Under the pieces are notes generated by a model. That model saw nothing but the letters and a program-made list of their open reading frames with translations, did not search any database and had not been told where the DNA came from. A stretch of 64,000 nucleotides of DNA from assembly GCF_009914755.1 (NCBI RefSeq), contig NC_060938.1. One strand, 5' to 3'. The first letter of the stretch is position 1; each line of letters opens with the position of its first letter. Both the position numbers and the translations under genes were made by a program. Of this stretch, positions 29,091-42,297 are shown piece by piece. The DNA comes from the human T2T-CHM13v2.0 reference genome, Homo sapiens.

Positions 29091-29920
29091 GCTCTTCCCT
29101 GCATTGCCCGTCCACTTAGCAGCATTTGGGTTACCTGGACAAAGACCCAGACATGTGCGGGCAGACAAGTGGAATGTCCCCGTGAGCTCTGTGCTCCCAT
29201 AGCTGGTTGACGACGGGAGGTGGAGTCTGACATCATGGCCATCCTCAATCCTTTGCATGTGATATACGTCACCTAGCGTCAGCCTTGGCGTGACACTAGG
29301 CTCATTATCTTCCGGTCACAATAAAACTGCCCCAGCAAAAAGTTTGAGTGCCTATCTTGTTTGATCCTCACTGAGAGAGACTGTCGCACTTGCGGGCCCT
29401 GTGCCCCTAAGCATGTTCCGGAACTCATCACCTTCCACTGTAGCCATTGGCAATTGGACCCAGTGGCACTTAAACCTATCAGCTGGCATGGGACAGTCCC
29501 AGCCCAAGAGGAGAATCTCATATTTGGAAGTGGCTGAGCCAGTAGATCCTCTCTCTCAAGGAGTCTGGGGACAGGGTACGCAGAGAGGAGCAGTAGTTAG
29601 GAGAAGGTATAAAGCAGAATGCCATTCGGAGCAACCAGAACTAACAGGACTCAGAGTGACTGAATCCAGCTAATAGTAGAGTTAGAGTTGATTTAGGGAA
29701 GTCCAGACTCTGAGGGGAGATGTTAAAATCACAGCATCCTCACTGACCTTTCAGGACTCATGAGTCCTGTCTGCAGGATTGTTCAGGGCCCCCATGGGAT
29801 TGGCAAGATGACTGTAATCTGGGTCTATGTGAATCCTCACAGTGAAGCCATCCAATCTCTGACTCAGTCAGAGGGGGAGTCTCTGATCATGCAGCTAGCA
29901 ACCATCAAAAGAATTACCCT

Positions 29921-30238
29921 GTTTTTGTTTTTTGTTTGTTTTGGGGGGATTTTATTGAGACAGGGTCTCTGTCACCTAGGCCAGAATGCAGTGACTCAGT
30001 CAGCTCACTGCAGCCTCAAATTCCTGGGCTCAAGTGATCCTCACACCTCAGCCTCCCAAGTAGCTGGGACTATAGGCATGCACCACCACACCCAGCTAAA
30101 CTTTTTATTTTTATTTTTTGTAGAGACAGAGTCTCACTATGTTGCCCAGACTAGTCTTGAACCCTTGTCTTCAAGTGATCCTCCTGCTTCAGCCTCCCAA
30201 AGTGTTCGGATTACAGGTGTGAGCCACCATGCCCAGCC
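29921..30238 (-). mobile_element. AluJ
   Basis: gctcactgcagcctcaaattcctgggctcaagtgatcc; TSD aattac. Confidence 0.9.
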
Positions 30239-31667
30239 AAATTACACTGTTAAACCAATCAACTGGGGTTAGTTTTTGTTTTATGGAAATATTTTGGGAA
30301 TGGTCGCTTCTTCTAATACAGCCTTGAGACTCAGCAGCACTAAAGAGGAAAGCAAACAATAGCCGCAGAGAGCAGTGCTTCCTGGGATCACCTCTGGCTT
30401 GGCTTTTCCATGCTGCTGTTGCCTTGTTGGTATTCTTGGTCCTCAACCCCGTCTCATGAGCACTCCTTCTTAGCCTCCACGTCTCCATCAATTTATACAC
30501 ACTCATGAACTTGTTTCTTATCTGACAATGAGATTCTAACACTCCTGGGAGTTGGGCAGCAAAAAGCACTGATAATAAACTATTACATTAGCTGGAGCCT
30601 TCCACTGCCATCTTGAGGACACTGTTATGTCTCTGTTGGCTTTTGTCTAATTCCCTGGGCAAATCGACAGTCACACAAAGGCAATGGTGGTCTGGCCACC
30701 TCTCCAGGCTCTGCAGAATATCCCATGCTATTCAAGGTTTGCCATCAGAGTTTTTACTCTCTGCTAAATTGGAGCAAACACAATTCTGCTTTCCCAATTC
30801 CAAGGCACACTGCTGGCCTTAATCTATAATCATGTTGTACTTTTCTCATGCCTGGGACTTGGGATGGCTTTGGGAATAGGAAAATCTCTGAGCCCTCTGG
30901 TTTGCTGCTGTTATTAGAAAGGCCTTAATGTATTTAAAACTCGATTTTTAAGAAAACAATGTTTCTTCAGGTGTGAGACTATTAATGTGTTATTCCTAAG
31001 AGACTAAAGAGTATTCATTCTCCTTACCACATCCAATCTTGACATCTGTGACAGAATCTAAACAACAAAGGTCTGTAATATACAAACTTACCCACTCGTT
31101 AAACCACAAGATATGAACTAAGCTGTGAGCTACTCTAGAATAGTGTGAAAGTTTTATTCATCTCAGTTTCCTCACAACCTAGCATGATGCCTGATACATG
31201 AAAAAGCCTCAAAAATGATTGAATGACAGAGGGAGAGAGAAAGAGAAAAGGAGAGAGGGCTGAATGAATGAACAAGCCATGAAACCATATATCAGAACCA
31301 TGAATTTCACATTATAAATCTCCCAGACATATCCATTGCCAGGTGAAAAGATGTGCCTATCGTATTCCTGGCTTTTCCTGACTACCACAGTCTTCTTTGG
31401 GTCAGATAATCCACTGGAAGTGTAAATTCCGTGATGTAAAGAAAAACGGCCAAAATCATCAAAGTCCTCAGCCACCAAGCAGGACAAGAACTGAACCTAT
31501 TTGTGTTTAAAGCAATGTGGCTATCCTCTTCGTGTTTTTAAGGATGCTGTTTGAAGACGTCACTGGGCTGCGCGGCCTTCCTGCGTGTCCTCTTAAATAC
31601 CCCCACCCATTGCTCTGAGTTATCCTAGAACAGAGCCTACTCTGGCTATAATAAGCACATGAATTAC

Positions 31668-31954
31668 TTTTTTGAGATGGAGTCTCGCTCTGTCACCCAG
31701 GCTGGAGTGCAATGGCGCGACCTCGGCTCACTGCAACCTCACCTCCCGGATTCAAGCAATTCTCCTGCCTCAGCCTCCTGAGTAGCTGGGATTACAGGTG
31801 CCCGCCACTACACCTGGCTAATTTTTGTCTTGTTAGTAGAGACGGGGTTTCACCATGTTAGTCAGTCTGATCTAGAACTCCCAGCCTCGGGTGATCTGCC
31901 CACCTCAGCCTCCCAAAGTGCTGGGATCACACGTGTGAGCCACCGTGCCCGGCC
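31668..31954 (-). mobile_element. AluS
   Basis: Full dimer, very short tail, TSD atgaattacttt. Confidence 0.93.
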
Positions 31955-32473
31955 ATGAATTACTTTTAAGCTAACATTTGAATGTTAAATTATGTAGGGG
32001 AAACTTTTTTTTTTAAGTGACTCTTACTAGCCAAACTAGCTCTTTTTTAACAGTTGGCAACATCATTATCTAGTGTTTCCAATGTGGCTAAAAAATTGTA
32101 CACATTGCACTTTCAACTGTTTCACTGAAGTTCAAAATCAACACTAACATGCAAGATAAAAACTAATTTTTATTGAGAAGATTTCCACAGAAGTCAGATG
32201 TCTTTGAATTAGATATCCAGTAGGAATGACCTTGAGAACAATAGAGACCTTCAGCTCTACCCGATCACTACCAGCTGAATGATATTAGGTAAGTAAAGTT
32301 GTGTCCAAGTTGTCAGAAGGCCAATATAATTACCTGGAAAAGGATGTTAATTTCTCACAATGAAAATGGGCAAGCAGATCGCCCCTCAAGGAGTTTGCAT
32401 TCTAGAGAAGGGAGACAGAAAATAAGCAATAAAGTTGACAAGTTACTTATTATGTTAAAAGATTATAAATTCT

Positions 32474-32612
32474 GGCCAGGCACGGTGGCTCACACCTGTA
32501 ATCCTAGCACTTTGGGAGGATGAGGCAGGCAGATCACTTGAGGCCAGGAGTTCGGGACTAGCCTGACCAACATAGCAAAACCCCATCTCTACTAAAAAAA
32601 AAATATAGATAT

Positions 32613-32659
<47 letters not shown>

Positions 32660-32842
32660 CAAAAACTAGCCAGGCGTGGTGGCACATGCCTGTAATCCCA
32701 GCTACTGGGGGGCTGAGGCATGAGAATTGCTTGAACCCATGAGGCAGAGGTTGCAGGGAGCCGAGATTGTGCCACTGCACTCCAGCCTGGGTGACAGGGT
32801 AAGACTCTGTCTAAAATATATATATATACACATATATATATA
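32474..32842 (+). mobile_element. AluS with (TAGA)11 in the central linker and a (TA)n tail
   Basis: Dimer; TAGA repeats at 32614-32657. Confidence 0.92.
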
Positions 32843-33842
32843 TTCTATTGGAAAAAGAAAACGTTCTACAAGGTGAGGGCTGAGAAATGTGTCAGGAAGA
32901 GTAGTATTAAGTAGTCCAGGGCAGGCTTCATTGAAAGGTCAGGGTTCAGCAAAGACTTGAAGGAGATGAAACTTGGAAGAAACACTGTGAGACTTCTTAA
33001 GACCATTTGAGTCACTATGACCTCAGAATCAGAATAAATTGGTCCTCAGGATCGCAATAGAGACACAGGGGCTAATGATAAGAAAAAAACGTGAATCCTA
33101 GCAGTTCTGTGCTCTTCAGCAGGGTCAGGTGCAAGCCCTCCTTCTGCACCGCTGTTCAGCAATGCTCCCTGGCCACGCACTCCAGTGCTGTTTGTGAGCC
33201 AGGATGCTGAACAGGCGTTTGGATGACATAGGCCCCTCTCCTTCCACTGCCTCTCTAGTGTTTTTAGGTGCCCAGCATTATCCTCCATGGTCAATTTCAA
33301 GGCAAGCTTTCTATTAGGTTCATTCTTTTTAAATAAATTTGTATATCTATACTTGAGATGATAGTAATGGTGATAAAAATTGATATCAGGACATACTTCT
33401 ACATTCACAAAACTGAACTTTGATCTGACAGTTTTACCACTGAAAAGACTTAAACCACACCCACAGTCTATAATGGTTAGTAGATCAAGTGATTACCCAA
33501 CACTATAAAAATCATTTTAACAATACCATAAGCTTAGATTGACAGTAAGTCTATAAACATCCATGTACTTTGGATTTTACTATATTGTACATTATTCAGA
33601 CATTGCCTGCATTTGCACATTTTACGAGTATTTTGTAATGTTCTCCCTTGTCTCTGGGTCTCCAACAGATCTGGGTCACCTTAGCCCAAACCCCACTGCT
33701 GTTGACTCAGATAGTCAAAAGCCTTCTAGTTCTCTCCAGGTGTTCCTGCAATCTACTTCCTTTCACTAATTCCATGTTCTCCTGTCCATCCTGGCTTCCC
33801 TCTTCAATCCATATACATTCAGAGCCCAGCACCTACATGGGT

Positions 33843-34692
33843 TTTTTTATTGTGGTAAAATATAAAACATAAAATTTATCATTTTAAAGTACACAATTCA
33901 GTGATATTTGCAATGTTATGCAATCGTCACCACTGTCTAGTTCCAGAGCTTTTTAATCAGAAAAACAGAAACAGAAATGGCATAACCATAAGCAGTCACT
34001 ACACATTTCCCACGGGCAATCACTCATCTGCTTTCTGTCTTTATAGATTTGCCTCCTCTAGGCCAGGCGTGGTGGCTCACACCTGTAATCCCAGTACTTT
34101 GGGAGGCCAAGGCAGGCAGATCATTTGAGGTCAGGAGTTTGAGACCAGCCTGGGCAACATGGTGAAACCCTGTATACACTAAAAATACAAAAATTAGCTG
34201 GGCGTGGTGGCCCACACCTGTAATCTCAGCTACTAGGGAGGCTGAGGCGGGAAAATTGCTTGAACCCAGAGGTGGAGGTTGCAGTGAGCCAAGAGTGTAC
34301 CACTACAGTCCAGCCTGGGTGATAGAGTGAGACTCTGTCTCAAAAAAAAAAAAAAGAAAAAAGAAAAAGAAAAAAAGAAAAAACAAGAAAAGAAAAGATT
34401 TGCCTTCTCTGGGTATTCCATACGAATGGAATGATACAATCGCTGGCTTTTGTGTCTGGTTCCTTTCACTTGGCGTAATGCTTTCAAGGTTTATCCACAT
34501 GTAGCATGTACAGTACTCCTTCCTTTCATTGACTGATTAATATTCCATTGTATGGATGTACCATATTTGTGGGTCCATTCATCCACTGATGGACAGTTGG
34601 GTTGCTTTCACCTTTTGGCTATTGTGAATGGTGCTGCTAAGAACATTCATGTTCAAGTTTTTGTTTAAACACCTGCTTTCAATTCTTTTATA
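33843..34692 (-). mobile_element. L1MB-type 3' end interrupted by an Alu
   Basis: ttttattgtggtaaaatataaaacataaaattt...; tattccattgtatggatgtaccata...ggctattgtgaatggtgctgct. Confidence 0.85.
34061..34396 (+). mobile_element. AluS/J
   Basis: Full dimer, long A/G tail, TSD agatttgcct(c/t)ctct. Confidence 0.93.
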
Positions 34693-35856
34693 TTAGGTTT
34701 TATTTTTGAGCTTCTCACTCCAAGCATGATACAAAGTTGGTGACTTTACTGATGATGTGGGAGATAAGACGGAAGATTCAAGAGGAGTCACATTACAAAG
34801 AAAGCTGCCTTCCGTCATCTCTCCAGCTCCAGGTTCTGAGTTTCCTGCAGGGGCCAGAGACAAATCTTCCACCTTTTCACTCAGATTTGTTCTCTTCCCA
34901 GTGAGGTCCCTTGAGGTATCAATTTTTACTCCGAAAAGGTTTATCAAGAAAATTCTTATAAACAAAAACAGCCCCCTTGCTGAAAGGAATTCTGCTGAAT
35001 ATGATTTTTTCTTTCATCTGGTTACATAAGGACCTTTGCAGAACTGGCATGGGTCTAGAAGCTGATAAGCCCAAGAAGCCAGAAGGCAGAGAGACCAACA
35101 GGGATTTCCTATGGTGAGGGAGATACATTCACTGGCAGCACAGGTAACTATAGGTACCCTATTGATTATCCACATACTAAGAGTCAATGAAATTGGAACC
35201 TAAATCAAGAAAAGCATCTTTGGGGTGTCTGATATAGACAGATGCAAGAGAGTATAAAGCTCCCAAACAAATCAAAGCAGTGGGACATTCTGGCTGCTTG
35301 GTAGAGGTCTAGGTCCCCAACACATTTCAGTTTGCCCCTGTTCTGGCCTTGTCTCCCCCAACAGACCAACAAGGGATAGGACAAGATCACCAGAAAATCC
35401 AATGTTTGGCTGAAATCAGAACAGAGGAGTTACTCAGCTTGTTACAGCTACTGAGATAGAAATGCTCAACATTGTGCATTTAGCTGCAGACAATTTGAAC
35501 AGTGATTTAGTAGCAAAAAAAGGACATAACTTTCCTGTTGAGTTTAAGTCAATGAACTTATTGATTCCTACTATGTGCTGGACCCTCCATGAAGCATCAG
35601 AGATACACTTATGGGAAACAGACATGGCCCATCTCTCAAAGACTTCACATGTAGTAGGGAGGGAAAGACAGCCAAACAAACACTTGCTGTTGTGTAAAAC
35701 TAAACTGAACACAAGTTGATAGAGAAGATAGAGAAGTACTGGGATGATGGAATAACCAGCACATGACACAACATGAGGGGACTATTGTTTATACATAAGC
35801 CATTTCAGGTCAGCCTCTTCTATCTTCTTTGTTGTGGAGCATTTCAAGCCTTTATG

Positions 35857-36246
35857 ATTCTCATGTGATCTCCTGAATTTATTTGCTAACTGGTCTTTCA
35901 GCTGCTAGTCTCTCCTTTCTACAGGGTACCCTCCAGTCTGTCACCAGGCTTACTCATATAAAATTCAAACCTGATAATGGTGACCAATCAGAGCATTTTC
36001 TATGAGCCAGGCATTAAGTGTTAAAAATTGCTACTATTGTGTGCTGATACATACACAATTCTCATGTGATCTCCTGAATTTATTTGCTAACTGGTCTTCC
36101 AGCCACTAGTCTCTCCTTTCTACAGGGTACCCTCCAGTCTGTCACCAGGCTTACTCATATAAAATTCAAACCTGATAATGGTGACCAATCAGAGCATTTT
36201 CTATGAGCCAGGCATTAAGTGTTAAAAATTGCTAATATTGTGTGCT
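35857..36246 (+). repeat. Tandem duplication, 201-bp period, about 98% identical
   Basis: attctcatgtgatctcctgaatttatttgc... starts at 35857 and at 36058; 4 substitutions counted by eye. Confidence 0.97.
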
Positions 36247-36451
36247 AATATTGTGTGTGCTAATATTGCAAATATTATATCATTCTATCCTTATCTTACA
36301 AATGAGGAAACTGAATGACAGAGTTAAATAATGTGCTCAATTATCTGACTAGTAAAGTTAGTGATAAGGTAAGTGGCAGAGTAGGATTCAAAACCAGTTG
36401 TGTCTGAATCCTATTTTGTACGCCCTTAACTATTACCATACTTTGTCTCCT

Positions 36452-36525
36452 CTATTAGGAAAAAATATTAGTGGTGTAAAACTGATTTAAACAGAAAAGG
36501 GGGTTTATTAAAAGAATACCAAGTG
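36452..36525 (-). mobile_element. MLT1(K/L)-like LTR, first part (rest at about 41365-41800)
   Basis: aactgatttaaacagaaaagggggtttattaaaagaatacc. Confidence 0.45.
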
Positions 36526-37071
36526 TAGTAGATATAGAAAACCGCTTCAGATGTAGAAAACCACAAGAGAATGTTGTTCCCACCCTAAGAACATGAAAAA
36601 AGTAATAATTTAGTTTACAAAACTGTAACTTTTGTTGAGCCTATCACACCACAAGGACCTGCTAAAAGTTGTAGGTACGATGTGTAAACTGAGAAAAAAC
36701 CTTCAGCATCCTGGACTACTAACAAAGTATAAGGTAACAGCCATTCACCCCCAGAAGAACTTGAATTCTGTGGTGCACTTAAGGTAACCAAAGGAAGGTA
36801 ACCAAAGGAAAACAAAACTCAAGCCCAGCTAAACTGCTGACTAGATTGACTCAACTCTCCACAGTAATGGCTTGACAGAATAAAAAGCATGCCCAATTCT
36901 GATTTACCTCAGTCTCTTCTGTTCTACACACAGTGTTCAGCAACCAGTGAAAAATTATACAAGTATCACAAAAGGCAAAAAAGAAAAGTAAAAACAACAT
37001 TTTCAAGATACAAAGCAGTCAACAGAACCAGACCCATAAATGTCCCAGATGTTGAAACTATCAGAATAGAA

Positions 37072-37381
<310 letters not shown>

Positions 37382-39432
37382 TAAAATAGCTATAAGTAAT
37401 CTGTTAAAAGCTAGTGGAAAAAGTGAACAACATCCATAAACAGAAGGAAACTTTCAGCAGATCAATAGAAATTAATTTTTTAAATTCAAATGAATATTCT
37501 GGAAATTAAAAACACTATATTGGACAGGAAATGTTCCTTTAATAGATTTATCAGCAGACTAAATGCTCAAGAGAAAAGAATCAATGAACTTGAAACAGGT
37601 AAGTAGAAATTATGCAAACTGAAGCATCAGGAGGAAAAAGAGTAGAAAATAAGAGCATAGGATTAATTGAAGATGTAAAAGGAAAGGAGATAAAGAATTG
37701 GGGCAGAAGAAAATATTTGAAAAGATAATGGCCTTGAATTTTTCAAATTAGTGAATCACAGATCTAAGAAGCTCAGAGAACCCCAAATAGAATTAGCAAA
37801 TTTAAGACACACACTCCCCACACCCAACAGACACATCAGTCAAACTACTATGAATCAATATCAAGAGATCAGCTAGATGGCATCCAGAGAAATATGAAAG
37901 ATTACATAATAAGGAAGAAAGGTAAGACATACAGCAAACTTTGTGTCAAAAAATATGAATGTCAGAGGATAATAGAAGTGGCATTTTTTATTTGCTGAAA
38001 GGAAAAAAAGGAGGAGTTAACACAGAATTCTATACCCAGCGAAAATCTTTCAAAAATAATGACATAAAGGCTTTTTCAGAAAAAAAAATGAATTGCCAGC
38101 ACTAGTACACAACAAGGATATTAAAGACAAGAAGACTGTGAAGCCAGATGGAAATTTTGATTTATACAAAGAATTGAAGAATCCTGAAGATGGTAAAAAA
38201 TGGAAGTAAACAAATTTTTACTCTTTTTAAAAGAGTATTGACTGTTTAAGGCAAAACAGTAACTATATATTTTGAGGTTATAACGTGTTTGGAAGTAAAA
38301 AACAATAGCACAACGAATGGAAGGGAGGAAATAAAAGTATATTGATATAAGATGTTTTAAGGTTAAGAGTGAAGAGTTAAAGATGTACATTGTGAACCCA
38401 AGAGCAACAACTTTAAAAAAATATGTAACTTATAAGCAAATAGTAGAAATAAAATGGAATTACTGAAAATACCCAATAACTTCAAAAGAATACAGGAAAA
38501 AAGGAGAATAAAAACAAAGAGAATGGGACAAGTGGAAAACTAGCAAGATAGGTAGATGTAAATTAACTGCATGAATGATCACATGAAATGTAAATGACCT
38601 AACAATTAAAAGATAGAGATTGTCAGACTGAAAGAAAAATCTATTGACAAGGAGACTATTTTAATATAAAGACATATATATGTTACATGTTAAAGAATGG
38701 GAAAAGATATACTATACAAACACTAAACAAAAAGGAGCTAGAAAGACTATATTAATATCAAATAGACATCAGAACAAATAATATTTCCGGAGATAAAGAG
38801 AAGCATTAAATACAGATAAAAGGGTCAATTCACCAAGAAGATATAAGAATTCTGAATGCCTTTGCACCCAATAACAAAGCCTTCAAAATATATAAAAGAC
38901 AACTGATGAAAATCAAAGGAAAAGTAGACAAATCCACAACATATCTGTAGATGTCAACACACTCGTTTCTTAGAATTTGATAAAACAAGTACCAAAAAAA
39001 TATTTGCAGTGATATAGATGACTTGAACAACACCATCAACTAACTTGACCTAAATGATATTAATAGAATCCTCTACACAAAAGCAGCAGAATAAACTTTT
39101 TTTTTTTTAGTTCACATGAAACCCTCATAAGGATAGACCATAGTTTGGGCCATAAAACAAATCAAGAAATTTTAAAGGACTGAAATTATACAAAGCATGT
39201 TCTTGGAACAGAGTAGAATTAAATGAGGTATCAATAACAGAAATATATTTGGAAGATCCCCCCCAAAGAGTTGGGAACTAAACAATCCATTTCTAGATAA
39301 CCTTGGAGCCAAAGAAGAAATTACAAATAAATTAGTAAATATTTTCAATGGAATGAAAATGAAAATACAACAAATTAAAATTTTGTGGAATACAGTTAAA
39401 GCAGTGCCTGGAGAGAAATTTATAGCATTAAA

Positions 39433-39715
39433 CCCAGCACTTTGGGATGCTAAGGCAGGATAATCACTTGGTTGAAGACCAGCCTGGGCAACATGGCAAG
39501 ACTCTACCTCTACAAAATAAAAATAAAAATAAAAATTAGCCAGGCTTGGTGGTGCATGACTATAGTTCCGACTACTCGGGAGGCTGACGTGGGAGGATCA
39601 CTTGAGCCCAGGAGTTCAAGGCTACGGCGAGATATGATCATGCCACTGCACTCTAACCTGGGCAACAGAGTGAAGACTTGTCCCTTAAAAAAAAAGAAGA
39701 AAAAAAAAGAAAAAA
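39433..39715 (+). mobile_element. AluJ, 5'-truncated
   Basis: ggaggatcacttgagcccaggagttcaaggct; A tail. Confidence 0.9.
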
Positions 39716-41364
39716 GGTCTTTAATCAATTATCTAATCTTTAACATTTATTAATTAGGAAAATATCTCTTCTCAGCCTTTTGGATAAGATCAAGTGTTAA
39801 AAAACTAAGAAAAGAAGACCAGGTGAAAGAAAAATAGGCAGAAGGGAGGACATGATAAAATAAGAGCAGAAACCATGAAATGGAACACAGAAAATTCATG
39901 AAACCAAAAGCAAGTTCTTTGAAAAGTTCAAAATTTATAAACATTTTGTCAGACTGTTCAAGAACAAAGAAGGAAGATACAAACTATAAATATCAGAAAT
40001 AAAAGAGGAAATATCACCACAGATCCTACAAATATTAAAAGAACAATAAGGAAAAATAAGGAACAGCTTTAGGCCAACTTAGATGAAATGGAGGATTTGT
40101 TCGAAATCAATTGTATATACTAACCACAAACAGTTGGAAACTTAAAAACAATATCATTTACAAGAGTCTTATAAAACATGACATACTTACGAATAATTCT
40201 AACAAAAAATGCATAATACATGTACATTGATTATAAAACATTACTGAGAGAAACTAAAGACCCTAACAGATAAATCATATTCATAGTTCAGACTATCCAA
40301 TATTATTATATTTCATAACTTTCTGCAAAGACTTCTTAGGACACAAAAAAATCATGAACTATAAAAAGTTAATTATACCTCTTCAAAATTAAAAATTCAG
40401 CTCTTTGAAAAGTAGTATTAAGAAAATAAAAAAGACAAGCCACAGACTTGGAAAAATAGTTGGAAAACAAATACCTGATCATTGACTTGTATTAGGATAA
40501 GAATTCCTATAATACAATGATAAATATGCAACACAATAAAAACTGGGCAAAATATTTAACATGCACTTCACCAAAAATGATGTATGGATGCAAATAAGCA
40601 CATGAAAAGATGTTCAACATTAATAGCTTTTAGGGAAATGCAAATTAAAACCACCATGACATATCACTACACACCTACTAAAATGACTAAAATTATATGA
40701 CTGACAATCCCAATTGCTGTTGAGGACTGCAGAGGAAATGGAACTTACATGCATTGCTAGTGGGAATGCAAAAGGGTATAATCTTTGGAAAACAGTTTGG
40801 CAGTTTCTTATAAAGTTTTACACTTTCCATATGACCCAGTGATCTCATTCCTAGGTATTTACCAAAGGAAAAAAAAAAAACTTGTATGAATGTTCACAGT
40901 ATAATAATGTTATGCATAATACCGCAAAACTGGAAAGAAACCAAATGTCCATCAACTAGTGAATATATAAACAAATTGTGATATAACCAAACAGTCTAAT
41001 AACAACAATAAAAAGAAACTGATATATACAACAACAATTAATCTCAAAAGCACTGTGCTAAATGAAAAAAAATCTCAGACACAACAGCTTCATGCCACAT
41101 GATCCATTTATATGAGTGTTTGGAAAAGGCAAAACTCCAGGAACAAAAATTCAAATTAGAGGTTGCCGGGAGTTGGGAATAGAGAGGCAGTTGACTTCAA
41201 AGCGTCATGAGGGAACTTTCTGGCCTAATGGAAATAGTCTATATTTTATGGTAGTGATCACACAACTATATTTGTCAAAACTCATTGAACTATAAACTTT
41301 AAAAGGGTACATCTTACTGTCAGTAAGTTAAACCTTAAAAGACATGACTTAAAAAATTTTTTAA

Positions 41365-41800
41365 ACATCAGGCAGCTCATTGGATCTCTTGGAGAGCTAA
41401 AAAGCCAGGTTTGGAGGCTATGCGGCCAGCAGCAATGCCCAAATTCATGCTGAGGAGACGGTGAGGGGAAAGCATCATTGATCCTGCTGGGCAGAGACAC
41501 ACAAGCTTCCATCACCACCCTGAACCACTGGACACTTGACCCTGACCCTCAGGTGTTTGCCCTCTGCTGCTTCTAGAACTGATGGCTCCATCTCCAGAAA
41601 TGGATCTTGCTTGAGGTCCTTGCTTCTTCATGTCACTATTCAGTCTGGAGTGGAGACATCTGATTGGCAGAGCCTAGGTCACGTGCCCATTCCTGAACTG
41701 CGAGGAAGACTGGAAAGAGGGTACATCACACTTTCAGCACCTACAGCAGAGGCCGACTTGCATCATAAGGTGGGGAACTCCTCTAACACAGAAAGCAAGT
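41365..41800 (-). mobile_element. MLT1(K/L)-like LTR, second part
   Basis: Hallmark catctgattggcagagcctaggtcacgtgccc. Confidence 0.6.
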
Positions 41801-41974
41801 TCTCCACCATCTCTCCAGCATCATTCTTTGCTGGCCAGCCAAGATAAGTGCAAAATGTTCACTATACCTCCCATATCATGACCCTGATTAAGAATTTTAG
41901 ATGACAGTTCAATGCTTGAAGGACAAAATCTGAATTCTTTTCTTGGCATACAAAGCCTGACCGTAATCTGTGTT

Positions 41975-42297
<323 letters not shown>

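Noticed and set aside
25407-29673. Dense short ORFs as exons or a processed pseudogene
   Set aside because: No recognisable protein similarity, poly(A)/TSD or consistent splice chain. Overlapping ORFs on both strands are expected at this GC content.
36781-36810. 14-bp tandem repeat aaggtaaccaaagg x2
   Set aside because: Ordinary slippage micro-duplication inside an old L1.
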